Part shown: piece by piece, positions 8,461-17,868 of the stretch | Numbering within the stretch: the first letter of the stretch is position 1 | Layout of the letters: each line of letters begins with the position of its first letter | DNA from: a virus | Lineage: Duplodnaviria; Heunggongvirae; Uroviricota; Caudoviricetes | DNA length: 37,548 nucleotides | Direction: 5' to 3' (one strand) | Virus record (IMG/VR): IMGVR_UViG_3300032167_000073 | Position numbers and translations under genes: made by a program | Notes under the pieces: generated by a model | The model's input: only the letters and a program-made list of their open reading frames with translations | Databases searched by the model: none | Told to the model about the DNA's origin: nothing

Positions 8461-10665
8461 ATGAAGATTATCAAAAGAGACTGTACAGAAGTAGAGTTTG
8501 ACAAGTCAAAAATCTATGAAGCGATCATGAAAGCGATGCAGTTTGGCAGTGGTATTGTTAAGCCCGTCGTCGCAAAAGAAATTGCCTCCGAGATTGAAAC
8601 AGAGGCAAGGTATATTGAGGATTTGGATATCCACGCCGTAGAAGCTATGGTTTTTGAAAAGCTGATTGGCAAGGGTGAAACACTCACAGCAAAGGCGTAT
8701 GAGGGATATCGCAGCGTCCGTGAATTCCAGCGCGACGTGAAGAATTCAACTGACGATTCAATCATTGAATTGCTCAATGGTCAGAGCGAATACTGGAATG
8801 ACGAAAACTCAAACAAGAACGCCGTTCTGGTCACTACTCAACGTGATTACATGGCTGGAATTGAAAGCGAGGATATCAGCAAGCGCATGCTGCTGACACC
8901 GGATGTCATTCAGGCAAACGATGAGGGCATCATTCATTTCCATGATATCGACTATTTCGGTCAGCGCACACTTCATAACTGCGATCTGGTTGATCTCGAC
9001 GATATGCTGCAAAAAGGCACCGTCATCAGCAATGTTATGATTGAAAAGCCGAAGTCATTCTCTACGGCTTGTAATATTGCCACGCAGATTATTGCTCAGG
9101 TGGCAAGCAGTCAGTACGGTGGACAGTCCATCTCCCTTACACATCTTGCTCCGTTTGTTGAAGTTAGCCGTCAGAAGATCCGCAAGGAAGTGGAATCTGA
9201 GCTTTCCTGCATCGACGAAATGAGCATGGATAAGGTTGCATTGATTGACAGCATTGTTGAAAGCCGGCTGCGCGAGGAGATTAAGCGCGGCGTTCAGACC
9301 ATTCAGTATCAGGTTGTGACGCTCATGACCACCAATGGTCAAGCCCCATTCCTTTCTGTTTTCATGTATCTTGGGGAAGCCAAAGATGAAAAGACAAAGG
9401 CAGACCTCGCGCTGATCATTGAAGAAGTCCTGCGTCAGCGCATTCAGGGCGTGAAGAATGAAAAGGGTGTATGGACAACTCCGGCGTTCCCGAAGCTCCT
9501 GTACGTACTTGAAAAGGATAACACATACGAGGGCAGCAAGTATTTCTACCTGACCAAGCTCGCTGCTGAGTGCTCTGCAAAGCGTCTTGTGCCAGATTAT
9601 ATTTCTGAAAAGAAGATGCTTGAGTACAAGATTGACAAGAACGGCAATAGCCATTGCTATCCGTGTATGGGTTGCCGTTCCTTCTTGACACCGTATGTCG
9701 ATGAACAGGGCAATCCGAAGTATTATGGCCGCTTCAATCAGGGCGTTGTTACAATCAATCTGCCCGATATCGCATTGTCTTCTGGCGGAGACATGGACAC
9801 CTTCTGGAAGATTTTCGATACGCGCACAGAGCTTTGCCATAAGGCATTGCAGCTTCGACATCAGCGTCTTGAGGGAACCCCATCTGATGTCGCTCCAATC
9901 CTTTGGCAGCACGGCGCAATTGCCCGTCTTGAAAAGGGAGAGAAGATCGACAAGCTCCTCCATAATGGCTATTCTACCATTTCCCTTGGTTATGCTGGAC
10001 TTTATGAATGCGTCAAGTTTATGACTGGTCATAGCCATACGGATAAGGGGGTTGGCGAAGCATTTGGCCTCAAGGTGATGCAGGCGCTCAATGACAAGTG
10101 TGCTGAATGGAAGAACTCTGAGCATATCGATTACAGCCTGTATGGAAGCCCGATTGAGTCTACAACGTATAAGTTTGCCAAGTGTCTGAAGAAGCGCTTC
10201 GGAATCATCCCCGGCATCACGGATAAGGATTATATCACTAACTCCTATCATGTGCCTGTATTTGAGAAGATCAACGCATTTGATAAACTGGCGCTGGAAA
10301 GCAAGTTCCAGAAGCTTTCTCCGGGCGGCGCAATCAGCTATGTTGAGATCCCCAACATGAACGACAATCTTGATGTTGTTGTCCAGCTCATCCAGTTCAT
10401 CTATGAAAATATCATGTATGCAGAGCTGAACAGCAAGAGCGATTATTGCATGGCTTGCGGATATGATAAGGAAATCAAGATCATTACCGATGAAAGCGGC
10501 AAGCTCGCATGGGAATGCCCGTCTTGCGGAAATCGCAATCAGGCAATGATGAGCGTTGCTCGTCGCACATGCGGATACATCGGAACGAACTTCTGGAATC
10601 AGGGGCGCACACAGGAAATTGCAGAGCGCGTCCTGCATGTGGATGATATGGATCTCTGCGAATAA
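8461..10665 (+). CDS. nrdD: Anaerobic (class III) ribonucleoside-triphosphate reductase with ATP cone
   Basis: IIKRD ATP cone, MGCRSFL finger loop, CxxC...CxxC zinc site, glycyl-radical RRTCGYIG. ATG 8461 after GAGGTG. Confidence 0.97.
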   Translation: MKIIKRDCTEVEFDKSKIYEAIMKAMQFGSGIVKPVVAKEIASEIETEARYIEDLDIHAVEAMVFEKLIGKGETLTAKAYEGYRSVREFQRDVKNSTDDSIIELLNGQSEYWNDENSNKNAVLVTTQRDYMAGIESEDISKRMLLTPDVIQANDEGIIHFHDIDYFGQRTLHNCDLVDLDDMLQKGTVISNVMIEKPKSFSTACNIATQIIAQVASSQYGGQSISLTHLAPFVEVSRQKIRKEVESELSCIDEMSMDKVALIDSIVESRLREEIKRGVQTIQYQVVTLMTTNGQAPFLSVFMYLGEAKDEKTKADLALIIEEVLRQRIQGVKNEKGVWTTPAFPKLLYVLEKDNTYEGSKYFYLTKLAAECSAKRLVPDYISEKKMLEYKIDKNGNSHCYPCMGCRSFLTPYVDEQGNPKYYGRFNQGVVTINLPDIALSSGGDMDTFWKIFDTRTELCHKALQLRHQRLEGTPSDVAPILWQHGAIARLEKGEKIDKLLHNGYSTISLGYAGLYECVKFMTGHSHTDKGVGEAFGLKVMQALNDKCAEWKNSEHIDYSLYGSPIESTTYKFAKCLKKRFGIIPGITDKDYITNSYHVPVFEKINAFDKLALESKFQKLSPGGAISYVEIPNMNDNLDVVVQLIQFIYENIMYAELNSKSDYCMACGYDKEIKIITDESGKLAWECPSCGNRNQAMMSVARRTCGYIGTNFWNQGRTQEIAERVLHVDDMDLCE

Positions 10666-10670
10666 TCATC

Positions 10671-11105
10671 ATGAATACTTTGAAAGTTGAAGCGCTGCTT
10701 GCGCAAAAGTATAAGTATAAACCGCTTTCAAAGGACTTGTCTCAAAAGTACCGTCAGTATTTCAGGGAGAACATTCCAAATGGTCTCTCTGAATCTGGCG
10801 GGAAAGAGACCCTGCTTACCTTGAATGACAGCCCGATATGTGATGGATATGACCGCATTGTTATCGGAGATTATGGCGCTTTTATCGAATTTTCTTCGAT
10901 GCCTTATCTGAATTTTGCCATCAAGCAAGGGCAGGAATACAGGGTATTTGATGAACGGTACAGCAAGAACTGCAAATATATCTGGCTCACAATAGAAGAT
11001 GGAAGCGATATCAAGATTTATAAGCAGAAAAAGACTGTTGCATACGCAGACTATAAACCAGACAAGTTTTACGTCAGCGTACACGAAGTAAAGGTAGGCG
11101 AATAG
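10671..11105 (+). CDS. Hypothetical protein between nrdD and nrdG (144 aa)
   Basis: Tightly packed ORF on the coding strand; no domain recognised. Confidence 0.75.
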   Translation: MNTLKVEALLAQKYKYKPLSKDLSQKYRQYFRENIPNGLSESGGKETLLTLNDSPICDGYDRIVIGDYGAFIEFSSMPYLNFAIKQGQEYRVFDERYSKNCKYIWLTIEDGSDIKIYKQKKTVAYADYKPDKFYVSVHEVKVGE

Positions 11106-11109
11106 AAAT

Positions 11110-11655
11110 ATGCGATATGCAAAAATTCGAGAAATGGATATCTCAAATGGAGAGGGTGTCGGCGTTTCACTCTTTGTTCAGGGGTGCCATTTTCATTGTC
11201 AGGGCTGCTTTAACCCGGAAACATGGGATTTTAGCGGCGGGAAAGAATGGACAAAGGATGTAGAAAGAAAGTTCATCGATCTTGCAGGCAAGCCGTATGT
11301 AAAGCGTATCTCCATCCTTGGCGGCGAGCCGCTTGCCGATGAAAACATTGTTGGCACATTTGATTTGTGTATAAAGCTTAAAAACCAGTATCCAGAAAAA
11401 AAGATTTGGCTATATACCGGGTATACCATTGAGCATATTCTTCGCCATGCTTCCACGCTTGCCGATCACGGCAGACGTTATATCCTAGATCATATTGATG
11501 TTCTGGTAGACGGCCAATTTGAGCTTGGCAAACAGGACTTGCTCAACAAGGAAATCGTGTTTGCTGGCAGCACAAACCAGCGTGTAATTGATATGAAATC
11601 TACATTTAGAGAAGAAAGGATAATTCTTCTTAATGACACGAAAGTTGTGGAGTAA
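11110..11655 (+). CDS. nrdG: Anaerobic RNR activating radical-SAM protein
   Basis: LFVQGCHFHCQGCFNPETW (CxxxCxxC), ILGGEP, YTGY, GSTNQRVID. Confidence 0.96.
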   Translation: MRYAKIREMDISNGEGVGVSLFVQGCHFHCQGCFNPETWDFSGGKEWTKDVERKFIDLAGKPYVKRISILGGEPLADENIVGTFDLCIKLKNQYPEKKIWLYTGYTIEHILRHASTLADHGRRYILDHIDVLVDGQFELGKQDLLNKEIVFAGSTNQRVIDMKSTFREERIILLNDTKVVE

Positions 11656-11659
11656 TCGT

Positions 11660-11818
11660 ATGAAAGATGGTTTGTATGTTCAGTTTTTTGTCGTCAAAGA
11701 CGGCGTGTCATATCCTTGCAAAGTTGTAAGCATGCAGGACATGACAAGAACACTTGTCAATACGATGATGGATGGCGTTGAGAAAATTGTAACGTCGAAT
11801 GATACGAATGGTGATTGA
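11660..11818 (+). CDS. Small hypothetical protein (52 aa)
   Basis: ATG 11660 after TGGAG; fills the gap between nrdG and the MTase. Confidence 0.55.
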   Translation: MKDGLYVQFFVVKDGVSYPCKVVSMQDMTRTLVNTMMDGVEKIVTSNDTNGD

Positions 11819-11819
11819 A

Positions 11820-12392
11820 ATGCAAGGGAATATACTCGCAAACAGATCAGTATCAGGCAGAAACAAGAGTGACTATTATCCAACACCAGAGGATTGTACG
11901 ATCACTCTTGTTGACTATCTGAATATCCCCAAAGGGTCAACAATTTGGGAACCTGCATGTGGGCAGGGACATATGTCAAGAGCGCTTGAGCAATGTGGAT
12001 ATCGTGTCATCAGCACAGACATTGAGGACTATGGATGCGGATATGACGTAGAAGACTTCCTGCAAAGCTCAGGAAAAGAATGCGATTGGATCATAACGAA
12101 TCCGCCATTTTCGCTCTCATCACAGTTTATCGAAAAAGCAATAAGCCTCAAAAAGCCTTTTGCGCTTCTTCTGAAATCGCAGTATTGGCATTCAAAGAAC
12201 AGAATGTCCTTATTTAACAAGCATCGTCCTATGTATGTACTACCTCTTACATGGAGGCCAGATTTTGAATTTGGCAAACGCGGCGGATCTCCTACGATGG
12301 AATGCGCATGGACTGTGTGGGGCGAAAACCCGTCTGATAAAACCATATATAGGCCACTCCGTAGAATAACAAAATTGCTTGGTGAACAATGA
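11820..12392 (+). CDS. Orphan amino (N6-adenine type) DNA methyltransferase
   Basis: YYPTP, motif I WEPACGQG, DFL and catalytic motif IV ITNPPF; no restriction endonuclease adjacent. Confidence 0.88.
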   Translation: MQGNILANRSVSGRNKSDYYPTPEDCTITLVDYLNIPKGSTIWEPACGQGHMSRALEQCGYRVISTDIEDYGCGYDVEDFLQSSGKECDWIITNPPFSLSSQFIEKAISLKKPFALLLKSQYWHSKNRMSLFNKHRPMYVLPLTWRPDFEFGKRGGSPTMECAWTVWGENPSDKTIYRPLRRITKLLGEQ

Positions 12393-13519
12393 AAATTTAT
12401 AAAGAAAAACAATTCCTCATTTTTGAGTATGAGGACGGAAAAACATGTAAGTATGATTTTGCCACAAAAACCGCTTATGGCAGAAGTGGAATGAAAGTAA
12501 AGGATCTTCGTACACAGCTTCGTAATTTATCAGTTAGCGACATGATCGAAAGCTGCGAGAGTGCAAGTTATGGAAGATTCATTCGCTTCGTGGCAAGACA
12601 CGCATCTCCGAATTGCAGGCCGCTAGAGAATATCGGCACAATTCTGAGCAGATTGCCGAAATATTCAAATTATGAACAGATATTTTCTGCCGGAATTGAA
12701 GATATCGTCGGATCTGGGTTCAAATATAGCATTAATGATATTCCAAAGGCGCTTATCAAAATATGTAAAACAAGGAATATCACGTTATACAATGACTTCT
12801 TGGAATACTATAAGGAGATCCCCGACGCATACCAGATTGCTTATAAATTGGAATACATTTCTCTGACTGACAGAGATATAAATCGTGTTCTTCAAGAATC
12901 TAGGTATGTAAATGGAAGAAATAGACCATATTTTAATGATCTAATTCTGAACTATGGATACAATGCAAAATCCCTTATGAAGTATATTGATACGCTAAAA
13001 ACACTCGAAGCAATGGATGATACAAGGTATGTCGTCAAAGAGCTATATGATTATGCACGAATGGCATTACAAATTAGCCCAAAGTATGATCGACATCCAA
13101 AGCATTTCTTGACAACCATGAAGATTGCTTCAAGAAACTTTAATCGATTGTCTACGACATATGATGAGAGTAAGTTCGCACAACGTATTGATACGTCCAT
13201 GGAGCGCACAATCGGAGATTATGTATTCATTTATCCAAAGTCAACGCAGGATATTAAAGATGAAGCAGTTCAGCAGAATAATTGCGTATCCTCGTATATC
13301 AACAGCGTGATCAATGGACATTGCCATATTCTGTTTATGAGAAGAAAGGCATTCCCTGAAGTCAGCCTTATCACCATAGAGGTTAGAAACGGTCAGATTG
13401 TTCAGGCGCTAAAGCGATTCAATCATGAAATATCAGATGGGCAGCGCGACGTTGTAAACAAGTGGAATGAATGGTATGCAAATGTACTAGAGCAAAGAGA
13501 AAAGGAGAAAGTGACATGA
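12389..13519 (+). CDS. PcfJ-like domain protein
   Basis: C-terminal PKSTQDIKDEAVQQNNCVSSY...ILFMRR...ITIEV...IVQA resembles the PcfJ domain. Confidence 0.75.
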   Translation: MKIYKEKQFLIFEYEDGKTCKYDFATKTAYGRSGMKVKDLRTQLRNLSVSDMIESCESASYGRFIRFVARHASPNCRPLENIGTILSRLPKYSNYEQIFSAGIEDIVGSGFKYSINDIPKALIKICKTRNITLYNDFLEYYKEIPDAYQIAYKLEYISLTDRDINRVLQESRYVNGRNRPYFNDLILNYGYNAKSLMKYIDTLKTLEAMDDTRYVVKELYDYARMALQISPKYDRHPKHFLTTMKIASRNFNRLSTTYDESKFAQRIDTSMERTIGDYVFIYPKSTQDIKDEAVQQNNCVSSYINSVINGHCHILFMRRKAFPEVSLITIEVRNGQIVQALKRFNHEISDGQRDVVNKWNEWYANVLEQREKEKVT

Positions 13520-13968
13520 AGGTAAATAAGGGCGATAAGATTAAGCTTGTCAAACCCATGGGCGCATTTCAGAACATCGGAGAAATCTGTGATGTTGTCG
13601 ATGTAAACGAAGAGACGATTAGTTTCCGATTTGGCCGGGTGCATTTGGGCTTTATGTCTCATGATGAGTTTGAGAAGTATTTTGTCAAGCATATGGACAA
13701 GCCAGTAATTAAACCCGTCGATATGGAAGAAATCGAACGTATGATCCAGAGAGCAGATATCAATGTTGAAAAGGTTTTTGATAGAACAACCGTCGTAACA
13801 CTGAATCTGCCAAATGGTTTTCAGATTACAGAATCCTCTTCTTGCATTGACGCAAATAGCTATAATGAAAAGCTTGCAATTGAAATCTGCAAACGCAATC
13901 TGACAAAGAGGCTTGCGGAAATGGAAGCTTATCATAAGATGCAGTCGGCATATGAAATGAGCGTGTAA
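13516..13968 (+). CDS. Phage protein with Gp49/Gp66-like C-terminal domain
   Basis: TTVVTLNLPNGFQITESSSCIDANSYNEKLAIEIC pattern. ATG 13516 after AAAGGAG, overlapping the upstream stop. Confidence 0.7.
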   Translation: MKVNKGDKIKLVKPMGAFQNIGEICDVVDVNEETISFRFGRVHLGFMSHDEFEKYFVKHMDKPVIKPVDMEEIERMIQRADINVEKVFDRTTVVTLNLPNGFQITESSSCIDANSYNEKLAIEICKRNLTKRLAEMEAYHKMQSAYEMSV

Positions 13969-13971
13969 CGC

Positions 13972-15153
13972 ATGAACACATCCATATTCGTCCCGAAAAA
14001 ACTGTGTGTCGGGTATTGCAATAGAAAAGATACGTATACGGGGAAACTGGCTTATGTTATCTATTACGACGCACAAGGGAAACTCAGAAAAGAAACGTCA
14101 TGGCAGAATTGGCGAGATAATACAATTGAGCCGCAAGAATTTGATAATGAGCCAACGGAAGGTTTTGTCATTAACAAGAAGGTCGGCGGCGTTGGGTATT
14201 ACAACGTTCGTCAAACGTATGCCCGCGTTTACGATCCAAGAGGTTTTGAATTTGAGATCACGATTCCGAACCTCTTATGGATTCTTGAAAACTGTGATTG
14301 TATCAAGGGTAAGGGTTTGGTCGGCCAGTTTGTTTACGGATGGGATAACAAGGATCTTGTGCTTGTTCCGGTTGAATCACCTGATTATAAAGAGATTCAA
14401 GAAAAGGCAGATATTGCATTTGACAATGGGTTCATCAAAGCCAGCCAACTCATCATCGGAGCTACTTATGAAAAAATGAATGGGCAGCGTTTTGTGTATA
14501 TGGGCAAAGCCCCTCATTGGACGATAGAGTTCAACCATGAGCAGCAGTCAGATGGATGGTTCTGGAATAGGAGATATCTTGGAACATACGAAAAACCAGT
14601 CAACGATCATAATAAATGGTACAACGCAGATCATTTTAGACTCGGATACAATCTTCATCGCCTTGAGCGGAATGTGAAAGGCAAAGATAGATTCTGGTTT
14701 ATCAACCTTGGCGAATCACGTTCAGAATACCTAAAAGGGCATGACTACGCAGAAAGCATGTCGTCCGTTTCCAAGAAGTTTATTAAGTGTGTAAGTACCA
14801 ATACAGAAGAGTATGAAAGATATCTCAGCATTTTAAAAAGTGATAGTTCATACTGCCCGATAGATTACGAAAATAGCGGCATCAGAAAACTGTCATTTGA
14901 AGATTTCAGACACCTCTATTCCAAATCTGTAGAACAAGAAGTTGGAAAATCATTTCACGCTTACAATGGCAAAGAAAGACCAGATAGTTACCGTTTTTAT
15001 TACAAAAACGGACAGTGGCACATCGACTGTACAAAGTATAGTAACGTGACATATGAAAACTTGGAAAAAATCTATACAGAACTTGTTCCGGTATATGGCG
15101 AGGAGATTCTTATGAATGGAAGCATCAGTAGGAGGTATGGTTACTATGTCTAA
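13972..15153 (+). CDS. Hypothetical phage protein (393 aa)
   Basis: Long ORF on the operon strand with tight spacing; no function recognised. Confidence 0.8.
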   Translation: MNTSIFVPKKLCVGYCNRKDTYTGKLAYVIYYDAQGKLRKETSWQNWRDNTIEPQEFDNEPTEGFVINKKVGGVGYYNVRQTYARVYDPRGFEFEITIPNLLWILENCDCIKGKGLVGQFVYGWDNKDLVLVPVESPDYKEIQEKADIAFDNGFIKASQLIIGATYEKMNGQRFVYMGKAPHWTIEFNHEQQSDGWFWNRRYLGTYEKPVNDHNKWYNADHFRLGYNLHRLERNVKGKDRFWFINLGESRSEYLKGHDYAESMSSVSKKFIKCVSTNTEEYERYLSILKSDSSYCPIDYENSGIRKLSFEDFRHLYSKSVEQEVGKSFHAYNGKERPDSYRFYYKNGQWHIDCTKYSNVTYENLEKIYTELVPVYGEEILMNGSISRRYGYYV

Positions 15154-15544
15154 TAATGATGAACGAATTCTAGCGCTTAAAAAGCAAATCGATGAAAAGA
15201 GGAAGATTGTTGGTCGCGCATCACGTTTTGCGCCAATCACAAACTGCATCCTACAAATGGATGGGCAGACCTATAATCTGCATGTATGCTGTGATGAACT
15301 GCTGCTGGTCAAACTCAATGCATTGGCGATGTCAGCAAGCGATCTTGGTCTAAGCATTTATAAGCTCACAATCTCCGGTTTCAGTCTTGCAGACTGGATT
15401 GAAGACGTGAAAGGCTTGATTGAAGCGAAGATGATTAAGGAAGAAAAAGCGAAGCTTGATAAGCTTGAAAAGCAACTGGATTCTCTTCTTTCCAGCGATA
15501 AGCGCACAGAGCTTGAGATTGATGCAATTGCTTCGCTCATCTGA
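15146..15544 (+). CDS. Hypothetical coiled-coil protein
   Basis: ATG 15146 after AGGAGG; heptad-like termini. Confidence 0.75.
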   Translation: MSNNDERILALKKQIDEKRKIVGRASRFAPITNCILQMDGQTYNLHVCCDELLLVKLNALAMSASDLGLSIYKLTISGFSLADWIEDVKGLIEAKMIKEEKAKLDKLEKQLDSLLSSDKRTELEIDAIASLI

Positions 15545-15558
15545 CGGAGGCGATAAAA

Positions 15559-15747
15559 ATGTTCAAGGTTGTAACAATCAAGAAGAGCAATAAATTCGAC
15601 TTTCAGGAAGAATGTGAGCTGTATCTGAATAACGGATACAAGATGGCCTCTTCGGGCTACGCGCAAAACGCCTTTGAAAAAGCGGTTTCTGCCAACGATA
15701 AACATTGCTGGTGGGCGGTTTTCACGCTTGAAAAGCCTGAAGGTTAA
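15559..15747 (+). CDS. Small hypothetical protein (62 aa)
   Basis: SD GGAGG upstream; operon strand. Confidence 0.65.
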   Translation: MFKVVTIKKSNKFDFQEECELYLNNGYKMASSGYAQNAFEKAVSANDKHCWWAVFTLEKPEG

Positions 15748-15780
15748 GATAAAAGATGGGTTTTATTGGAGGTAAAAACA

Positions 15781-15990
15781 ATGAATCACAAGAGAATGAA
15801 ATGGTTTGTCACGTTTGTCGTTGTGCTGTGGGTGATCATGTTTGCATGGTATGGACTTGAAGTTGCTCTTTGTGGAGCCAAGATGTACAGTGAAGTCGAT
15901 TCTGTTCTTGCAGCAGTCATCTCAGTGCTGATCACGGATTCCATTGCATGCAAGAAGTGCAAGGATGAAAACACTATCGAAAACAACTAA
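15781..15990 (+). CDS. Small membrane protein (two hydrophobic segments)
   Basis: SD GGAGGT; WFVTFVVVLWVIMFAWYGL and VLAAVISVLI hydrophobic stretches. Confidence 0.7.
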   Translation: MNHKRMKWFVTFVVVLWVIMFAWYGLEVALCGAKMYSEVDSVLAAVISVLITDSIACKKCKDENTIENN

Positions 15991-16005
15991 TACAGAAAAA
16001 GTATA
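15988..16005 (+). repeat. 18-bp intergenic motif, copy 3 (TAATACAGAAAAAGTATA), upstream of dut
   Basis: 17/18 identical to 8428-8445. Confidence 0.7.
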
Positions 16006-16021
16006 AAGGGGACTGATTGAT

Positions 16022-16453
16022 ATGCTTACGATCCAGATTAAGTATTTCTCAAAGGACATTGATAAGGTTGCCAAGATTGATAAGGGTGACTGGATTGATC
16101 TTCGTGCAGCTAAGGATATGAAGCTGAAAGCGGGAGATTTCGCGCTTGTCCCGCTTGGCGTTGGTATGATCCTGCCCGATGACTATGAGGCGCATATTCT
16201 GCCGCGCAGCAGTACGTATAAGAATTTCCTCGTCATTCAGACAAACAGTATGGGCATCGTCGATGAGTCTTATTGTGGAGACGATGACGAGTGGAAGCTT
16301 CCGGTATATGCTATGAAGGATACTTCCATCAAGAAGAACGAGCGCATTTGCCAGTTCCGCATTGAGAAAAAGCAGCCGGAAGTTGGCTTTGTAGAGGTTG
16401 AACATCTCAAGGATAAGAGTCGTGGTGGATTCGGTTCAACAGGTAAGGTTTAA
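16022..16453 (+). CDS. dut: Trimeric dUTPase
   Basis: Motifs [26 protein letters not shown] and RGGFGSTG. Confidence 0.95.
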   Translation: MLTIQIKYFSKDIDKVAKIDKGDWIDLRAAKDMKLKAGDFALVPLGVGMILPDDYEAHILPRSSTYKNFLVIQTNSMGIVDESYCGDDDEWKLPVYAMKDTSIKKNERICQFRIEKKQPEVGFVEVEHLKDKSRGGFGSTGKV

Positions 16454-16455
16454 TT

Positions 16456-16905
16456 ATGGATAAGATTGATGTATTTGATGGGCAGTATAGATTCCTGAGC
16501 AACTTCTATCCAGCAACAGTTGTCTATGAAGGTATCAAATACGCAAGCTCAGAATGTGCATTTCAAGCTGCAAAGTGTAAGGATATAGGGGAGCGTGAGC
16601 AGTTCGCCTCCCTAAATCCAAGCGCTGCAAAAAGGCTTGGCAGGCATATTGAACTAAGACCTGATTGGGAATCCGTAAAGGATTCTGTTATGGAAGAGAT
16701 CGTCAGAGATAAATTTTTCCGTCACAAAGATTTGGCAGAAAAACTGCTGGAAACTGGCGACTCAGAGCTTGTCGAAGGTAACACATGGAAGGATATTTAT
16801 TGGGGAGTAGACCTCAAATCTAACTATGGGCAAAACAAGCTAGGCAAGATCCTCATGAAGATCAGAAACGAATTGCAGGGAGAGAAAGATTATGACAAAA
16901 CTTGA
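16456..16905 (+). CDS. NADAR (YbiA-like) ADP-ribosylhydrolase family protein
   Basis: FLSNFY, SECAFQAAK, AKRLGR, VRDKF, LVEGNTWKDIYWG and GQNKLGKILM motifs. Confidence 0.9.
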   Translation: MDKIDVFDGQYRFLSNFYPATVVYEGIKYASSECAFQAAKCKDIGEREQFASLNPSAAKRLGRHIELRPDWESVKDSVMEEIVRDKFFRHKDLAEKLLETGDSELVEGNTWKDIYWGVDLKSNYGQNKLGKILMKIRNELQGEKDYDKT

Positions 16906-17152
16906 AAAGGTTATTGCTGTCCTTGAAAATGTGGGACATCACGGGCAAAGTTACGGCTATATTGAGCTGACGATCCCCGGTCAGGATGGTACAGAATTCA
17001 TCGTCAACAGCCATGCGTCCATGCCAAACAAGATTGAGTATTACAAGAAGACGTATGACGAAGACGGTGTTCATAAGTTCTGCAAGGAAATCCGAATCGT
17101 GTCTGCTGGCACTATGGAACAATTCAATGCCGTCGCAGATGTTGAGGTTTGA
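16892..17152 (+). CDS. Hypothetical protein (86 aa)
   Basis: SD upstream; overlaps the NADAR stop. Confidence 0.7.
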   Translation: MTKLEKVIAVLENVGHHGQSYGYIELTIPGQDGTEFIVNSHASMPNKIEYYKKTYDEDGVHKFCKEIRIVSAGTMEQFNAVADVEV

Positions 17153-17541
17153 TGATTATGCGCAGAATTGCAGAAAAGCTGCGAACCATGATTGATCTTC
17201 AATCATGCTCGGAAATGAATGAAAACCAAACATATTATGTTGCTGGTTTAGCAGATGCGTTGCAAGTGGTGGAGGACTTCATGGATAAAGAGTTAGTCCT
17301 AAATCGTGTGTATTTCGTGATTATGTTCAAAGAAGATAATAAAAATTATCCGTATATTACAAAAATGCGCCTGTATAAGATCAGCAGAAAATCAAAGCTG
17401 TGCTACTGCTTTACTGAATACCTGAGTGGGCGAACTACGTCTCCTGATCTGATACTGTATAGTATTGGCGGATTATCCACTAGGGTATTTAGTACGCAGG
17501 AGGCAGCGGAACAGGCACTCAAAAGCTATGTAAGACAATAG
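17149..17541 (+). CDS. Hypothetical protein (~130 aa)
   Basis: Overlaps the upstream stop; ends at a hairpin. Confidence 0.65.
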   Translation: MMIMRRIAEKLRTMIDLQSCSEMNENQTYYVAGLADALQVVEDFMDKELVLNRVYFVIMFKEDNKNYPYITKMRLYKISRKSKLCYCFTEYLSGRTTSPDLILYSIGGLSTRVFSTQEAAEQALKSYVRQ

Positions 17542-17546
17542 AGCTT

Positions 17547-17578
17547 GCCCCGTCCCATCTCAGGGGCGGGGTTATTTA
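17547..17578 (+). terminator. GC-rich hairpin, probable terminator separating early genes from xis
   Basis: GCCCCGTCCC-atctca-GGGGCGGGGT (with G-U pairs) followed by TATTTA. Confidence 0.55.
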
Positions 17579-17597
17579 ATAGGAAGGAACAGCAGAT

Positions 17598-17780
17598 ATG
17601 AAAATTGGAAAGCGTTTTGTGCGTTACAAAGAGGGTGCAGAGCTATACAGTATGAGCCAGAGCAAGTTTGAAAGAATGGCGAAAGATGCAGAGGCCACAT
17701 ACAAGCTTGACAAGCTCGTTCTTGTGAACTGCGATATTTTTGAAGAATACCTAGAAACATTTAGGATCAAGAAGGAGTAA
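17598..17780 (+). CDS. xis: Putative excisionase / recombination directionality factor (DUF6462-like)
   Basis: 60-aa basic protein RFVRYKEGAELYSMSQSKFERMAK...KLVLVNCDIFEEYL, immediately upstream of int. Confidence 0.75.
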   Translation: MKIGKRFVRYKEGAELYSMSQSKFERMAKDAEATYKLDKLVLVNCDIFEEYLETFRIKKE

Positions 17781-17782
17781 AC

Positions 17783-17811
17783 TTGACTATGAAGCACATA
17801 AGTGGTAAAAT
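17783..17811 (+). promoter_or_regulatory. Sigma-A promoter for the integrase, with extended -10
   Basis: TTGACT (17783-17788), 17 nt, TAAAAT (17806-17811), TG at 17803-17804; SD GAAAGGAG before ATG 17869. Confidence 0.8.
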
Positions 17812-17868
17812 AACAATGTCTAACAAGAGTTTACAATTCTTTTCTTTTTATGAAAGGAGAGGATTGTA

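Noticed and set aside
9055-10638. 527-aa minus-strand ORF
   Set aside because: Antisense shadow of nrdD.
2835-10665. Inteins or self-splicing introns in dnaE or nrdD
   Set aside because: Both ORFs are continuous and of normal size, with no Cys/Ser...His-Asn intein boundaries or homing nuclease motifs seen.
11021-11037. TAAGCAGAAAAAGACTG as a fourth copy of the 18-bp motif upstream of nrdG
   Set aside because: It lies inside a Lys-rich coding stretch and diverges at the 3' end, so chance cannot be excluded.
6518-16453. DNA hypermodification pathway or genetic-code reassignment
   Set aside because: thyX, dut, gmk and nrdDG are ordinary dNTP-supply genes, with no recognisable base-modification enzymes beyond one MTase. 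Genes tile the window densely under the standard code.
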